Source of the DNA: Hydrolagus colliei
Lineage: Eukaryota
Direction of reading: 5' to 3'
Assembly (NCBI GenBank): GCA_035084275.1
Contig: CM068769.1
Coordinates: 2,232,001-2,296,000 of the forward strand
Length of the DNA: 64,000 nt
Shown here: in pieces, positions 62,788 through 64,000 of the stretch
How the letters are laid out: every line of letters begins with the position of its first letter
Numbering within the stretch: the first letter of the stretch is position 1
Made by a program: the position numbers and the translations under genes
Notes under the pieces: model-generated
Databases searched by the model: none
Seen by the model: only the letters and a program-made list of their open reading frames with translations
What the model was told of the DNA's origin: nothing

Positions 62788-63779
62788 CTGGAATTAAAAC
62801 ACAGTAATGTTGATCCCACTAGTAAGCGCTCTGCACCACAGACACGGATCAGATCAGAGTAAAAGTGACCATTTAGTCGTATCAAGGACTGGAGGGGAGG
62901 GAGTTGGGAATTGATTGGCAAGCGTAGTATTGTTGGGATTGATTGAGAAACCCCAGCGAGTTTTTCTTCACACAGAGAGAGGTGGCGCGACGGTTGGGAG
63001 ATGGCATTTGGGATTGGGCAGGGAAACAAGTGTAACACATAGCTCCAGACTAGGACAGGAGAAAGGGAATACAGAATGACCCTTGATCTACAAACGTCTC
63101 TTTATACAACAGAATGCAATTACAGCCAAGGAATTAATCGGAGAATTTAGGAGCAAAAGCTACACAAACTGTGGAGTGAGGAGAAGGGAATCATTGTCTG
63201 AAACTCATCTGAGACACAGCACCAGCTCAACCGCCAACCCAAGCTCAGCCACCAACGTAAGCTGCTCAAGTACCCGAAGCTCAGCTCCCAAAACCATCTC
63301 AAACGTAAAACTAACTTCAGTCCCGCTCCCAGGTTAGCGCTACCTCCAGCTAAGTGCCCACAAACAGCCCAACATCCAACCTCAGATTAGCTCATCACTC
63401 AAATAAGCACCTACCCCAGCTCAGTAGAACCCTACTTTAGCTCGGCTTCTATGTCCAGATCATGTGTTTACACTGGGCTGTTGAAAGCATATGGACATCC
63501 TCGAGGTAAATAGTTGTATTTTATGTACCTCGCAGGGTCCGATGATATATCGATATATGGGTTATATCCGGTATAATTTGTATATCGATACGCAGTTTTG
63601 GATCATTCAGAAAAAAATCCATATAACGTCGAAGTCTTTATATCGAAAACAATGGAATGCACGCGCACTCAACAACAACAGCAAGAATGCTCATCTCTAT
63701 ACACCATGCACAGACCGAGGTGCAAGACGCCATATTGTATTCATAGTCCTAGAATGAGATACATAGTTACGCAAGATGT

Positions 63780-64000
63780 AAGGGGAAAGAGACGTCGGGG
63801 GACATGGGGGCGAGCGAGTGACGGCGGGTGGGGGGGAGAGAGAGACGGGGGGGTGGGGTGGGTTGGGAGAGAGTGACGGCGAGTGGTTGGGAGGGAGAGA
63901 GAGACGACAGGGGTGTGGTGGTTTGGGGGGGTCGTAGAGAGAGACGGCGGAAGGTGTGGGGGGGAGAGAGAGAGGGCGCGGGGGTGGAGAGAGACGGGGG
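63780..64000. repeat. G/GA-rich tandem repeat (gagagagacgg-gggg units)
   Basis: Direct observation. Confidence 0.85.

Overview
Vertebrate genomic DNA, most likely from a cartilaginous fish (inferred from the V sequences and the CR1/L2/tRNA-SINE/Penelope-like repeat landscape). The window covers part of a T-cell receptor alpha/delta variable-gene cluster. All V genes lie on the minus strand, so D/J/C would be beyond base 1. I resolve 16 V segments or relics plus one orphan leader, each V followed by a 22-24 bp-spacer RSS. Six look intact (V1, V4, V11, V12, V13, V14); the rest have stops, lost cysteines or broken RSSs. The cluster grew by block duplication (about 0.3-3.2 kb vs 17.3-20.1 kb, and a four-V cassette at about 21.3-32.0 kb vs 40.9-51.4 kb). 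It is interrupted by nested transposons, including a 4.5-kb fold-back hAT palindrome. Beyond the 5' end of the V array (57.4-62.8 kb) lies a multi-exon gene largely missed by the ORF track: an LRC/LAIR-like C2 Ig exon, a transmembrane exon and a cytoplasmic tail with two ITIMs. Two non-coding patterns stand out: co-oriented CTCF-type motifs in a dispersed conserved module, and tRNA-SINE A-boxes sitting 6-18 bp downstream of many RSS nonamers. Exon structures and motifs were read by hand; no database searches were run.
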